Below are positions 36,126 to 48,200 of a stretch of DNA of 64,000 nucleotides, piece after piece (position 1 is the first letter of the stretch; each line of letters starts with the position of its first letter). Below the pieces are notes generated by a model, which saw nothing but the letters and a program-made list of their open reading frames with translations, did no database searches and had not been told where the DNA came from. The stretch lies in contig NC_092371.1 of assembly GCF_030028105.1 (NCBI RefSeq), forward strand, positions 165,037,358 to 165,101,357, in the 5' to 3' direction. Made by a program: the position numbers and the translations under genes. The stretch comes from Mobula birostris. Lineage: Eukaryota.

Positions 36126-36454
36126 TTGCCCTCCATTTTTCTTTCATTCATGTGACTCTCTCAGATCTTCTAAAATGTCTAATGTACCTACCTCTATCAC
36201 CACCCCTGGCAGCACATTCCTGTTACCCACTGTTCTCAGTCTAAAAACTACTGACATTCCCCCCTCATACTTTATTCCAATCACTTTAAAATTATGACCC
36301 CTCATATTAGCCAATTTATGCCCATTTGAATATCAATTTTTTGGCAGCCTCTTAACTTCTATATATACAAAACAACTTTCCTTACCAAATGCATACATTC
36401 CAATTTTTTCTTGTACTCACACCTGTCGCCACACCTTGTTCTTCTGTTCCCTTC

Positions 36455-36592
36455 TTTTCCAGTCATGATGAAGGGTCCGAGCCGAAATGTTTACTGTTAT
36501 TCCCCTCAGTAGATGCTGCCTACCTGGCTGAGTTCCTCTAGCATTTTGTGTGTGTTGTCGAAGATTTCCAGCATCTGCAGAATCTCTTGTCT
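36455..36592 (+). repeat. Solo Penelope pLTR end with hammerhead-like motif
   Basis: ccagtcatgatgaagggtccgagccgaaatgtttactg followed by gatgctgcctacctggctgagttcc. Confidence 0.75.
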
Positions 36593-37474
36593 TTGGTTCA
36601 ATTGGGATTGTTTATGCTAATTGAAGTATTTAACTGTCAATTGCATAGCTGCCATATTTGAAAAGTCAAAGGTTGTAACACCAGATTGAGAACTTAAAGC
36701 AACTATTTCCAATGTGGCCATACAAACTTTTAGCAGTCCCTTTCCCTTTAACATAATTTTTAAGATCTACTATCAGGTATAAATGAAGGTATTGACAGAA
36801 TACTCCACCCATTAATCCAACCACCATCCCCCACCACCACTACATCTACATCAGCAACTGCTCCCCACAGTCCCTCGGCGTCTTTCGTCCACCTATGCAC
36901 TGCCATTTTACACTTGCGCTCCATACTATAAGCTAATATATCTTTGTATAAGTTATTCTTGTATATGGCCACACAGTTGATTATACATTGTGCTTTATAG
37001 GATTGCTTTTACATTTGTGTTTTTTTTTATGCTGCATCAGATCTGGATATTTCGTTCTCCTTTATACTCCTGTACTGAAGGATGATGATAAATAATTCTG
37101 AATCTTGAGCAGAATATCTGAATGATTTAGCTGATTGTTTATTGTCATTCTTCAGTATGCAAGTGTAAAAATGAACAAAATGATTATTTTTCCAGGTATG
37201 ATGCAACATTAAAAAAAAACACCCAGCATATAAAACACAATAAATGTATAAACAATCCTATAAAGCACAATGTACAAGTAACTGTTTAAGTGTAGCATGG
37301 ATTATTTTTGTCAGAACCTTGGTGTAGCATCCAGGAAGACACTGCTGCACTGTCAATAGTCTCTCAGGACTCTGTTGAGAGGATTGGTGGTCGAATCCTT
37401 GGAGTAGAACACAAATGCACCAACTGTTGCTGATTAAGCCATGGCTGGCACGTGCTAAACAGATTAATAACACC

Positions 37475-37925
37475 GTAAGACATTGGAGCAGAACTAGGCC
37501 TTTGGCCTGTTGGGTTTGCATCATGGCTGACTTTTTTTTTTTATCCCTGTCAACCCCATTCTTCTGCTTTCTCCCAGTAAATTTTGATGCCCTTATTAAT
37601 CACCTCCACTTCACTTACTTACCTCCACTTTAAATATACCCAATCACTTAGCCGTATGTGACAATAAATTCCCAGTTTCATCACCCTCTGTCTAAAGAAG
37701 TTCCTCCTCATCTCTGTTCTAAAGGGATGACCTCCTTTTCTCCCCCACCATAGTAAACATTGTTCCCACATCCACCCTGTTTAGGTCTTTCAATGAGATT
37801 TCTCTCCCCACCCTACCCCATTTTTCTAAATTCCAGCAATTATAGGCCCAGAGCCATCAAACATTCCTCATACATTAATCCTTTCATTCTCAGGATCATT
37901 CTCATGAATCTTCTCTGGACGCTTG
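37475..37925 (-). mobile_element. CR1 3' end fragment
   Basis: Same family as 52890-53360 (ggagcagaactaggcc..ggcccagagccatcaaacattcctcata). Confidence 0.75.
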
Positions 37926-38075
37926 TAAAATGAGAGCAGGCTTTCACAATAATGCTCTATCTCATAAGGCATTTTTGCTGAAACAAAATTTGTATGAATA
38001 TATATGTTTGGCTCTTTTGTTTGTTTAGAAAAGTGGACCTCCACATCTCAACTTATTATTTCTTTTAATTTTCAG

Positions 38076-38211
38076 ACAATGCTGACAGTAGTTCACTCAA
38101 TGCAATTACCTTTCTGCGGACAACAGAGATCTTGACAGTCAATTCCATTGGACAGCTGAAAATCTGGGATTTCAGGCAGCCAGGAAACAAACCTTTACAA
38201 ATATATTGTTT
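38076..38211 (+). CDS. NUP43: NUP43 exon 5
   Basis: ttttcag|ACAATG..TGTTT|gtaagt; DNADSSSLNAITFLRTTEILTVNSIGQLKIWDFRQ; 136 nt, phase 1 to 2. Confidence 0.94.
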
Positions 38212-38227
38212 GTAAGTTCAACAGCAA

Positions 38228-38842
38228 TGGACTGCTTTGTCGAGCTCCTACACTCCATCCGCCAAAAGCAGAACTTCCCAGTGGCCGATCACTTTAATTC
38301 CAATCCCCATTCCCATTCCAACATTCTGGTCCATGACTTCCTTTTGTGCCACAGTGAGGACACCCTCAGGGTTGAGGAACAACACCTTGTATTCCGTATG
38401 GGTAAATGCCAACGTGATGGCATGAATATTGATTTCTCCTTCCAGTTCATAAAAAAAAACGTTTCCTCCCCTTCCCCTCCCCTTCTATTCCCCACTCTGG
38501 CCTCTTACCTCTTCTCTCCTGCACATCACCTCATCCTGGTGCCCCTCCTCCTTCTCTTCTTCCTATGGTCTGCTCCCCTATCAGATTTCTTCATCGCCAG
38601 CCCTTTACCTTTCCAAACTACCAGGCTTCATCTATCACCTTCTGGCTATCCTCCTTCCCCTCCTCCCACCTTTTTTATTCGGGTTTCCTCTCCCTTCCTT
38701 TCCAGTCCTGAAGAAGGGTCTCGGCCTGAAATGTTGACCATTTGTTTATTTCCATGGGTGCTGCCTGACCAGATGAGTTCCTCCAGCATTTTGTGTGTGT
38801 TGCTTTGGATTTTCAGCATCTGTAGAATTTCTTGTGTTTATG
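38228..38842 (+). mobile_element. Penelope (Neptune) 3' fragment with pLTR and hammerhead motif (38702-38741)
   Basis: PVADHFNSNPHSHS..LRVEEQHLVFR..DGMNIDFS; ccagtcCTGAAGAagggtctcggcctGAAAtgttgacc. Confidence 0.87.
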
Positions 38843-39529
38843 TATTTAAGTCTATACCTGTTGCAAGAGGTAATAGAAGACATTGCAACAAGATAGGGGT
38901 GTAGATAATTGTAGTTGCATAGGCTACAAATTGCTTTGTTGGCACCTTGAAATCTTTTTGTCTATAATATTTCTAACACAAACATTAAAGGAAATGCATA
39001 ACATTCTTTCAAAAATGTTTGAGTGGTATACTGATTGTACCATTGTAAGAATATGAAGTTGTGAAGTGGAGTTCAGACCAATAAATGTAACAGTAATTTT
39101 TTGAAGAGACACTTGAGTCTGCTCAAAATTGCTGTTACTCTCCTGACTTCTCTCTGATTCCTTTTTTCTTAAAAAAGGCAAAGATTCGAATCAGGTATGT
39201 ACACAATTTTGGGCATTGCCTCCATAATTGTACGCGAGGAATTGGACATAGGCTCTAAGTCTTCACTTTGAGCAGGAAAAGAAACTCTTTATGGTTTTTG
39301 AACAGAGTAGTGAAACCACCAGTAACTGATGTATCTACTGTCGGGACATTTGAATTTCATGCCAAATAGATCATAAAATGGTTAGAGCACAAACGAGGCC
39401 GGTTAGCTCATTGCATCTGATCCCCTCTCGATTAGTGCAATTTACTAGTTCTGCACCCCTGGCTATTTACTGTAACCTTAGAATTTTTTTTCCACTTTGT
39501 GCACCTCCTCCTGCTGTAACAACCAGGTG

Positions 39530-40460
39530 TTCAGAGTGGCCAGCCATTTTAATTCTGCTTCTCATTCCCACACCAACTTGTCTGTCCAAAGCCTCCACTA
39601 CTGCCAAGTTGAGGCCCGACACAGATTAGACGAATAGTACCTTGTATTCCACCCTGGTAGTCTCATGAACTTTGACCTTTTTTTCTTACTTTTGCTAACC
39701 ACTGTTGCCTGTTCCTTCTCCTGTCTCTCTTTATCCCACAGACCCCAATACCCCTTCTTTCCCCCCTCTACCTTCTTGGTCTGCCCATCGTCCACACATT
39801 CGTCTCTCCAGCCCACTGCTCACCACCTTCCCTTTATTCCATAGTTCATTGTCCTATCAGATTCCATCTTCTTCAACCCTTTGTCACTTCAACCTATCAC
39901 TTCCCAGCTTCATACATTCTTCTCATTCACTCCTACCCCCACCTGTCTATCTTCCCCTCTCTCCTGGATATACCTATCATATGCCAGTTATTGCTCCAGC
40001 CCCTATCCCCATTCTTTTATATGTTGTATCCATTCTGCAGAAGAATCTCGATGAAATTTGAGGGCAATCACTTTTCAGTGCTGGTGATTATTGAGTGGGG
40101 TTCAATTCACACCGCTATCTGTAAGGAGTTTTTAACTTTCTATCTATCTTTGTGTGGGTTTCTTCTGGGTGCTCCAGTTTCTTCCCACATTCCAAAGACT
40201 TGTGTGGTAGGATTAGTAAGTTGTCGGCATGCTTGTTGGCACCAGGAGTGTCCTGACACATGCAAGTTACCCCCAGCTTATACTCAAGACTGTGTTTGTC
40301 ACTGATGCAAACAATGCATTTCCCTATGTTTTGATATTCCAGTTGACGTGATAAATAAAGCTAATCTTAATCTATTTCCCTTTATTGGTGATGCCTGACC
40401 TGCTGAGTACCTCCAATATTTTGTGTTGCTTCAGATTTCCAGCATCTTCAGTCTCATGTA
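39530..40460 (+). mobile_element. Older Penelope fragment split by a V-SINE (~40095-40372)
   Basis: gtggccagccattttaattc.. GIY-YIG tail; pLTR end gatgcctgacctgctgag at ~40390; V-domain gtgtgggtttcttctgggtgctccagtttcttcccacattccaaagac at ~40150. Confidence 0.65.
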
Positions 40461-40731
40461 GATCCCTTTTATAATCCGCACAAGCCTCCTTCATCTCACC
40501 CAATTATACTTTTCCTTTCTTTGCACGCTTGTCCAGTTTTCCCAGAAATACACTGATGTCATTTGCCTTTTCTACTTATAATTGCAAGTTCTGCATTCTA
40601 CTACTTTTAGGATGTAATTTCTCCTACTTTTTTTTCCCTGTTGGATGGAGATGTATATAATAATTTGGTTGTCCTAGAATTAATAGAAGTGCTTGCTTAC
40701 TCTTTTTTTTAAAATTTCTGATGGCTTGTAG

Positions 40732-40883
40732 CACAGATGAACGAGTGCCTCTGCACTGTGTAGACAGGCATCCGAACCAGCAGCACATAGTGGCAACAGG
40801 TGGCCAAGATGGAACGCTCTGTATCTGGGATGTCAGACAAGGAAATATGCCCATCTCTGTGTTGGATGCTCATTCTGCAGAAA
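40732..40883 (+). CDS. NUP43: NUP43 exon 6
   Basis: cttgtag|CACAGAT..GCAGAAA|gtaagt; TDERVPLHCVDRHPNQQHIVATGGQDGTLCIWDVRQG; 152 nt, phase 2 to 1. Confidence 0.94.
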
Positions 40884-41369
40884 GTAAGTTTGATTCTTTT
40901 GATTATATCGCCCCTCTGATGGCTGAGAATGTCCACCACTAACTGAATTAGTAGTTAAATTTGTGAATTTGAAGGTTACCTCCTTAAGTTCCACTTTTTG
41001 GTAAGGGAGATATGTAATCCTGAATTGAAACTTGGACTGAAAAGTCGGAGTCCATTTACATGACACTGAATTATCCTCAGGAGGAACCTCTTTAGCCACA
41101 CTGGGTAAAATGTGGAATTCATTACCACAGGAGATAGATAAAGCAAGTAACTTGGATATGGTAGGAAAAGTAGTTAAGGGAGAAAAGGAAAGGCTATCCT
41201 GAGAAGGTGAGATGAACTAATATGAGAGAAGAGATCTGTGAAGTATGAGTAAGTATTGTCCAACACTTCTCTGCGGTAGGCTGTTACCTTACGTTTACAA
41301 ACAAGTCCTGTAGAACTGCATGGATGTCAAACATATTGTAAAACTCTAATCCTACATCCCATTGTTCAA

Positions 41370-41535
41370 CAACACATGAGATTCTGCAAATGCTGGAAAT
41401 ACAGAGTAACACACACAAAATGCTGGAGGAACTCAGCAAGTTGAGCATAATCTATGGAGAAGAATAAAGAGCCGACATTTCGAGCTGAGAGGAGTCCAAC
41501 ATTTCTGTGTGTTACTCCCATTTTTCAAATCTCAT
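41370..41535. repeat. Fold-back Penelope pLTR remnant
   Basis: gagtaacacacacaaaatgctggaggaactcagc ... tccaacatttctgtgtgttactc, inverted arms. Confidence 0.65.
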
Positions 41536-42375
41536 AGTTTAGCAAGCTAGACCTCTAGAATGTGAGCAGTGTTTATGGCTGGAGTTGGAGTCAGAAGTAC
41601 AGGTAGGTTTGTGACTGGAACCAGGATCCAAAGCAATTGAACATTTCTCACTCCCCTTAAGTTCACTGGAAAGTTTATTTTTGTAATATTTAAAAACAGT
41701 GAAATAAAAATGTATTACAGTTATTAACAGTAACATCCAAAAGTCTATTTGCTAGTTCAGCATCACTGAAGTTCAGAAGGTGTAAGTGATTATCAAAGTT
41801 TTCCTCTAATAATGACAATTGCCTTTGGCTGTGTTTACCTGATATTGGAAGTCAGTAAGGTGTGTATAATTTAACAAATAGTTTCCTATGAAGCATTTGG
41901 GAAGTTTTGGTGTTGCAAAGCACACCATAGAAATGCACCCCTAAGGAATTAATGTATTTATACTGATAAGATGCCTGTCTTCCAAATTCAGATCCTGCTC
42001 TATCATCCTATTATTGCCTTCCCCTCAAAGCTGCTTGTCATTTTGACCCTGTTGAATGCATTGTAGATCTTCACGTCTGCTTCAGCTTCTCATTAAAAGC
42101 TAGCATTTGGTAGGCACATCTCGTTTCTCATTTGGTTGTCCTTCCCACACTTGGGTTTCAGCAATGTCTGGCAAGTCATGTGGATTACATTACACCAGCT
42201 TTGTATACTAGCCGCCTCCTTGCTTCTTTCAGGTTAAAGACAAATGTTCCTTAAATGAACTAGTATAATTGTTTGTGTATTGTGCATTAGGAAGCTTATC
42301 ACTAGAGGGCTGCATCTTTTGCAATATTGCCTGATAAAGTATCAGGTTCTCAATGGTTTGCATTTTTATTAACAG

Positions 42376-42495
42376 TGTGGGAAGTTCATTTCCATCCTTC
42401 CAACCCTGACCATGTCTTTACGTGCTCCGAGGATGGATCTCTGTGGCACTGGAATGCATCTATTGTTAATTCTGAAAAGCCTTCCTTTCTTCAAG
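42376..42495 (+). CDS. NUP43: NUP43 exon 7
   Basis: taacag|TGTGGGAA..CTTCAAG|gtataa; MWEVHFHPSNPDHVFTCSEDGSLWHWN; 120 nt, phase 1 to 1. Confidence 0.94.
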
Positions 42496-43467
42496 GTATA
42501 AACTGCATTAGTTGTTAATATTGATTGTTGATCTTAGCAATTTTTTTTAATTGAATTTTGTCACCCTGGGTCAAAAATGCTATAAACAGAAATTTGATTT
42601 TCTTTTTTAAGAACTGGGTCATTTTTATAGATAAAATATCTGAAAAGGTAAATTTGATGTTTGGGTATAACTGATTTGTGTGTGTCCAGGACAAGGAAGC
42701 GGGCAAGAAAAATCATTGGGGACATTATGTACCTAGCAAACTCCCTTTTCCAAATTCTCCCTTCTGGAAAGTGCAAACTTAACGCCATCTTAAAAGTTTC
42801 TTCCCTCAGGCAGTTAATCTGATCAACCACTCCATTCCATTCCTCCCCCACGCCCCCTCAGCTATTATCTCAGTCACTGCGGTGCGTGCACTGTAAGCAC
42901 TTTAAACCACTTTTTATAATGCTGTTACATTGTAAATGCATGTTGGTATTTATGCACATCTTATTCCATATCTATACATTAACCTCTGACTTATTTTTAT
43001 ATAATTCTTTATTCTTTCTAATTATTGAATGTTAGCAACACACCACAGCAAAATTGTAATTTATGTAAATACATACACTGAATACGTCAATCCTTGAGTT
43101 CATCTTTACAATGGTGAGCTGCCTCAAAAGAACAAAAACTGTGTGCTTTATTTCTTTGGCAGTGTTGAGAACGTACTGTTAAAGCAGATCAAACTGTTAA
43201 TTGTAATGGAAGCAAAATTCAGTGGCCGAGCAGAAAACTGCATTTTCAGTTTTCAAACTGACCATCTGTAGTTTTTGCTTGGCAATTGAAGCATTGTGCA
43301 AGACTAGTGATTCTGAAAGTTGGATGTTAGTTCAGCTGAACTTGCACTGGGGCATACACATGCATTCACATTCCTGATGTCTGTTAGTTTGAGAGTCTGT
43401 GGCCAGGGACTGGAGGCATCCTGAAGAAGGGTCTCGGCCCGAAACAGTGACTGTTTAATAGTTTGAC

Positions 43468-44258
43468 TAGGTACATTTAATGTCAGAGAACTGTATACAA
43501 TATACATCCTGAAATTCTTTTCCTTCACAAACATCCACAAAAAGAGGAGTGCCCCAAAGAATGAATGACAGTTAAATGTTAGAACACCAAAGCCCCTCCC
43601 AAGCACAAGCAGCAGCAAAGCAACAACCCTCCCCCCCCGCCAGCAAAAAAAGCAATGGTACTCCCCCCCCCCCCCCACCCAAGCATCAATAAGGACACAG
43701 ACTTGTAGTACCCCAAAGACTACTTGTTCACCTGGTAATTCGACACACCACAGGCTCTCTCTCTCTCTCCCTAATAAAGGAAAAAGAGGTGTTCCCATTT
43801 CACAGTGAGAGGAGAAACATAACACAACAACTCGCTGATTTATGGTGTTAAAAATCTGTAGCGTCGCTTCTTCCGAGCTCTGTGCCCGAAGAACTCTGGT
43901 CTCTGGGCACACAGCCAGCAGCCAGCTCACTGCTTTCGATCTTCCATCTCCCACAATGCACCAGTTTTCTGCAGCGGCACTGACCTCGAGTCCGCCCGCC
44001 CCCAGGGCCACGAAGTCCTGGAACTCTGAAGGCGTGGTAGTCTTCTAGGCCACAGCCTAGGTTTATTGAATAGCAGCCAGTCGTGAGACCCGAGAGCAGG
44101 TCTCATTTCCACAAAGAACTGAAGTCAGCGTGTAACTCCAGGTCAGGGTCTTCAAAAGAACCTTGAAAGGGAAAAATAGAAATATTAAAAATAGAAATTG
44201 AGCTGTTTCTGAAGATGCAAGCAAAGGAGTCGCCATCAGGCGCCATTGTCCTCCTAAG
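43468..44258 (-). mobile_element. ~800-bp non-coding retroposon, nested in a Penelope pLTR (43419-43460 and 44270-44325)
   Basis: Reverse complement of 13737-14542; 5' end caatggcgcctgatggcgactcctttgc; flanking pLTR ctgaagaagggtctcggcccgaaac..|..tttccttagatgctctgacctgc. Confidence 0.8.
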
Positions 44259-44595
44259 CTCCACTCTCTTCATTTATTTCCTTAGATGCTCTGACCTGCA
44301 GAATTCCTCCAGCATTTTGTGTCTATGGCATATTCTGGGGTCGGTGGCCTTTGTGGGTGAGAAAGGGGCTTGTTTTAATGTTGATGCTTTGTTTTATTGT
44401 GTTATACATTGTGAATATGTTGTATTGGCACTGGAATGTGTGGCAACAACTGTGGGCTGCCTTCAGCACATCCTCTTGGTGTGTTCCTTATTAACACAAA
44501 CATAAGCATGATAAATCTGAATCTGGGGGGTGTGCCTTTAGTATAGTTCCATTGTAAAATTATGGCACTTAACCTTTTCTCTTGTGTTTTCTTAG

Positions 44596-44819
44596 GTAAA
44601 AGAAACTTCGCATTAGCTGATCCGGCTTCCCAGGTTGACATGAACCAGTCAGTGACCAGTGCATGGGTCACCAGTGATATTACAAAAGGAAAAGTAGATG
44701 CCAAAAATCTGCTGTCAGATTACATCCTGTCAGTCAATAGTTTGGATGTTGTGGGAGAGCATTTAGTCTGTGGGACAGATGCAGAAGCTATTTACATTAC
44801 CAGGGATCTGCAAGTCTGA
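44596..44819 (+). CDS. NUP43: NUP43 exon 8 (last, stop TGA)
   Basis: ttcttag|GTAAAAG..; SAWVTSD..LSVNSLDVVGEHLVCGTDAEAIYITRDLQV*; total CDS 1107 nt = 368 aa. Confidence 0.94.
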
Positions 44820-44917
44820 TTGTAAACAGATTCAAATTTCTGAACATGAACCATTGCTCTTAAAATCAAAAACTTGCCAGTGTGCAGAACAATGACAAGC
44901 ACACATGGATTACTTTA

Positions 44918-44923
44918 AATAAA
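44918..44923 (+). terminator. Candidate NUP43 polyadenylation signal
   Basis: First AATAAA after the stop, ~100 nt downstream. Confidence 0.5.
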
Positions 44924-45184
44924 GTACCCTTCAAAACTGCCATGCTCATGTCTCATTTAAAACCTTGTGTAAAAGACCACATTGAGTTGGAAGAAAGGCC
45001 ATATCTTTCAGTCACAAACTCGTATCAGCTTCAGTATGTATCAAGTAGTCCTATATTTTTAATCTGCAGCTACAATTTATTGGTTTCTACTTTGTACTGC
45101 ATGTTGAATTTGCCTTGCATGTTGAATGCTGATCTATATTGAAATAGAGATATGGGTACACAAGGATCTGTATATGGGAAGTAG

Positions 45185-45488
45185 GGTCATGGTAGTGTAG
45201 CAGCTAGTGTAATGCTATTGCAGCACCAGCCTCCAGGGTTCACTCTCTGCAAATGTATGTAAGGACTGTACGTTTTTCCCGTGACAGCGTGGGTTTCAGG
45301 CTTCCTCCCACAGTACCAAAACTTGTGGGTTAGGCAGTTGTGGGCATGCTACATTGGCACCAGAAGCATGGCAACGTTTGTGAGCTGCCCCCAGCACATC
45401 CTCACATTCTCACATTGATGGTCGGTGACACTAAATAACGCATTTCACCGTATGTTTCCATGTACATGTGACGAATAAAGCTAACCTT
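45185..45488 (+). mobile_element. V-SINE with Rex-type tail
   Basis: tRNA-like head ggtagtgtagcagctag..gggttcactc, V-domain gcgtgggtttc..cttcctcccacag, tail tgtacatgtgacgaataaagctaa. Confidence 0.7.
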
Positions 45489-45640
45489 TGGCGATTTTTT
45501 TTTTTCCTCTTCATTGGTTCTGCTTTTTCTTATTTGGTCATACAACTGAGGTAATAACCTTCAAATTATAGCAACAGATTCATGCCCAGTTCTAGAAATC
45601 AATCAGACTCAATTTGCAATAACTATATATGAACTGTGTT

Positions 45641-45943
45641 GGCATGTGGCCAAGTGGTTAAGGCGTTCGTCTAGTAATTTGAAGGTCGCTAGTTCAAGCC
45701 TTGGCTGAGTCAGCATGTGTGTCCTTGAGCAAGGCACTTAACCACACATTGCTCTGCGACGACACTGGTGCCAAGCTGTATGGGTCCTAATGCCCTTCCC
45801 TTGGACAACATTGGTGGCGTGGAGGGGGGAGACTTGCAGTATAGGTAACTGCTGGTCTTTCATACAACCTTGCCCAGGCCTGCGCCTTGGAAACCTTCCA
45901 AGGTGCAAATCCATGGTCTCATGAGACTAACGGATGCCTATTA
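45641..45943 (+). mobile_element. tRNA-derived SINE with CORE-like segment
   Basis: A box tggccaagtgg, B box agttcaagcc, then gtccttgagcaaggcacttaacc; no complete cloverleaf. Confidence 0.75.
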
Positions 45944-45971
45944 ATATATGAACTATTTGTATCTATTAGAG

Positions 45972-46448
45972 CAGGGGTCCCCAATCTTTTTTGCACTGCG
46001 AACCGGTTTAATATTGACAATATTCTTGCGGACTGGCTGACCCGGGTGGGGGGGGGGGGGTGTTCAAGTGCAACAATGTGTGACAGAATGACTCATTGTC
46101 TTGTTTATTATTTATTGTACTGCTCTGCACTGATTTGTGCACTTTATGTAGTCCTGTGTAGGTCTGTAGTCTAGTGTAGTTTTTCTGTTGTCTTGCTTAG
46201 TCTAGTGTAGCCTTGTGTTGTCTCACTTAGTCTAGTGTAGTTTTGTGTTGTCTCATGTAGCACCATGGTCCTGGAAGAATGTTGTTTCGTTTCTACTGTG
46301 TACTGTACCAGCAGCTTATGGTCAAAATGACAATAAAAAGCGACTTGATATCGTTTCATTTCGCCAAATTATATAATTTTCTCGTGGCCTGGTAGCACAT
46401 GCTTTGCGGCTCGGTACCAGTCCGCGGCCCAGTGGTTGGGGACCAGTG
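45972..46448. mobile_element. hAT (Charlie-like) MITE containing a nested LINE tail
   Basis: TIRs caggggtccccaa / ttggggaccagtg; 8-bp TSD tattagag / tattaggg. Confidence 0.82.
46167..46258 (+). repeat. ~30-bp minisatellite, 3 copies
   Basis: tagtctagtgtag..tgttgtct unit repeated three times. Confidence 0.85.
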
Positions 46449-47319
46449 TATTAGGGCATATTTAATGTGGTGTAAAGTTCCAGTGGACCTCCAAATGAGA
46501 GTAATTTTCTACACTGAAAGAAGCCTGTGGTATAAGTGATCAGAGTTAGTACATTTAGTGGGTATTCATGTTTAGGGAATTCCAGAGTTTAATGTGTGAG
46601 GCCAATGGCAGGAAGAGGGACCAATAATGCAAGGGAGGAGATTTGTGGGTTTATAGTTTGGAGGAGGTAAGAGATAGGCAAAAGAGAAAAGGGTGTAAAT
46701 TTTAAAATGGGTGTGTTTGGCCTGGAACAACATAGACACAGGGAGCCGTAATATTGTATTATTACAATGGGTTACGAATTGCACACTGGTGGTGCTACTG
46801 CGTGACCTGATGGTCGCAGTTTTGCTTAAGAGCGAGAAATGGCTAAATTAACCTGCAACGGTGCGTTTTCCAGGTTTGCTTGTGAATTAATAAAGGTGCT
46901 TTATTAATGGATATTTTTATAGATGGAATATGTGTCATGAAGAGTCTCAAAAATCAGTTAAATACAAAAAAAATCTTAGATGTGCAGAAACTGTTAAATG
47001 ATAACAAGTTGTTAATTGGCAATGTCAGATTGACGGTAAATTCGCTACTACTGTTAAGTTCCGTAGGTACCAACTTGATGAATGAATGTGGACGTGATTT
47101 AAGATCTTATCTGATGGGGTGGCACTCTCATTAATGCCTGCAAGAAAATAAATCTCAAATTAGAATATAGTGACATATACTTGTATGTATTTTGGTATTA
47201 AATTTACTCTGAACTTTGAAGCATTCAGTACCTTACCGAATGCAGATATACAAGCACACATTTAACCAGATACGTATTTCTAAATGTATACCAACTTCAG
47301 TGACAATAACTGAAGCAGG

Positions 47320-47510
47320 CGACACACAAAATGCTGAGGGAACATCAGCGATGTAGGCAACAAATATGCAGAGAAATGAAACGTGTCCCTGGAAGGATCT
47401 CGACTCGAAACGTTGACTATATTCATTCCCCTCTATAGATGCTGCCAGATCCGCTGAGTTCCTCCAGCATCTTGTGTGTGTTGTCCAAGAGTTTCAGAAT
47501 CTCCTGTGTC
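47320..47510. repeat. Fold-back Penelope pLTR remnant immediately upstream of the LATS1 CpG island
   Basis: acacacaaaatgctgagggaacatcagc ... gaaggatctcgactcGAAAcgttgact ... gctgagttcctccagcatcttgtgtgtgt. Confidence 0.75.
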
Positions 47511-47539
47511 CCAGATTTGTGTGAGCTGCTCAATATTCC

Positions 47540-48200
47540 CAGCGTGTGCACGATTTCTGCGACGTACTTGAATCAGCCCGGGTAGTAGCTCCTCCAGGCC
47601 TGATGGGGGCTCCAGCGCAGGAACAATACAGACATCGCGTGAGGAGTCTGTCGAATCGTCGTCCTGTTCCGCGGTCTCGCGAGAAGAGCGTCCGCGCAGG
47701 GAGGCACGAAGCGGCCATTGTAGGGACGCTTGGAATGAGAGTAAGTGGAAGGGGAGCCTTGGTGCTGGAGGCAGAGGAGGGGCGTGAGTAGCTGCCGCCC
47801 GCCACTCTTTATCCGGTCTAGGGTAGTGCACTGCCGCACTGACCCAGTGTAGGAGGTGTGCCGTGCGATGAGTTGGCAGGAAGAACAGAGGCCAAAATGG
47901 CCGAGGGGGCTGGGTGAGGAATCCGGGGCAGGAGAAGACTGGGCCCGGGAAGTAGAGCCTGCGGACCTGCTGTAATCTGTTGGGTCACTGGCTAGGGCAT
48001 TGGACTGGCAGTGCTCGTCAGTGAACCATGCAAAGGGCTGCGCTCGCCCGTTTGAACTGTCCAGCGGCTGCTGCTGCTGCGCACTTGAGTCATGAGTGTA
48101 TGAGGGTACAGATAGGCCACTCGGCCCGTTGTCTTTGTGCTGACCCTGAAAACTTTATGATTAGTTCCACCTCTTTTTTCGCGTAACGCACCTAGCGCTT
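47540..48200 (+). promoter_or_regulatory. LATS1: LATS1 CpG-island promoter and probable non-coding exon 1 (donor at 47741)
   Basis: CpG-dense; TCTCGCGAGA at 47675-47684; YY1-like gcggccatt (47711) and aaaatggcc (47894); donor GAGA|gtaagt at 47741. Confidence 0.7.

Noticed and set aside
38206-38904. 232-aa ORF starting inside NUP43 exon 5 (possible NUP43-Penelope fusion)
   Set aside because: Out of frame with NUP43; intron retention reads TTG TAA immediately; the rest is a decayed GIY-YIG tail plus pLTR
43304-44112. 235-aa ORF in NUP43 intron 7
   Set aside because: Lies in a repeat, has no recognisable domain, and the sister copy at 13737-14542 does not keep the frame
45641-45715. Possible tRNA gene
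   Set aside because: A and B boxes are present, but there is no proper acceptor stem or terminator and it runs straight into a SINE body
46167-46258. CRISPR-like array
   Set aside because: Simple tandem minisatellite without unique spacers, in a eukaryotic retroposon tail; no cas genes
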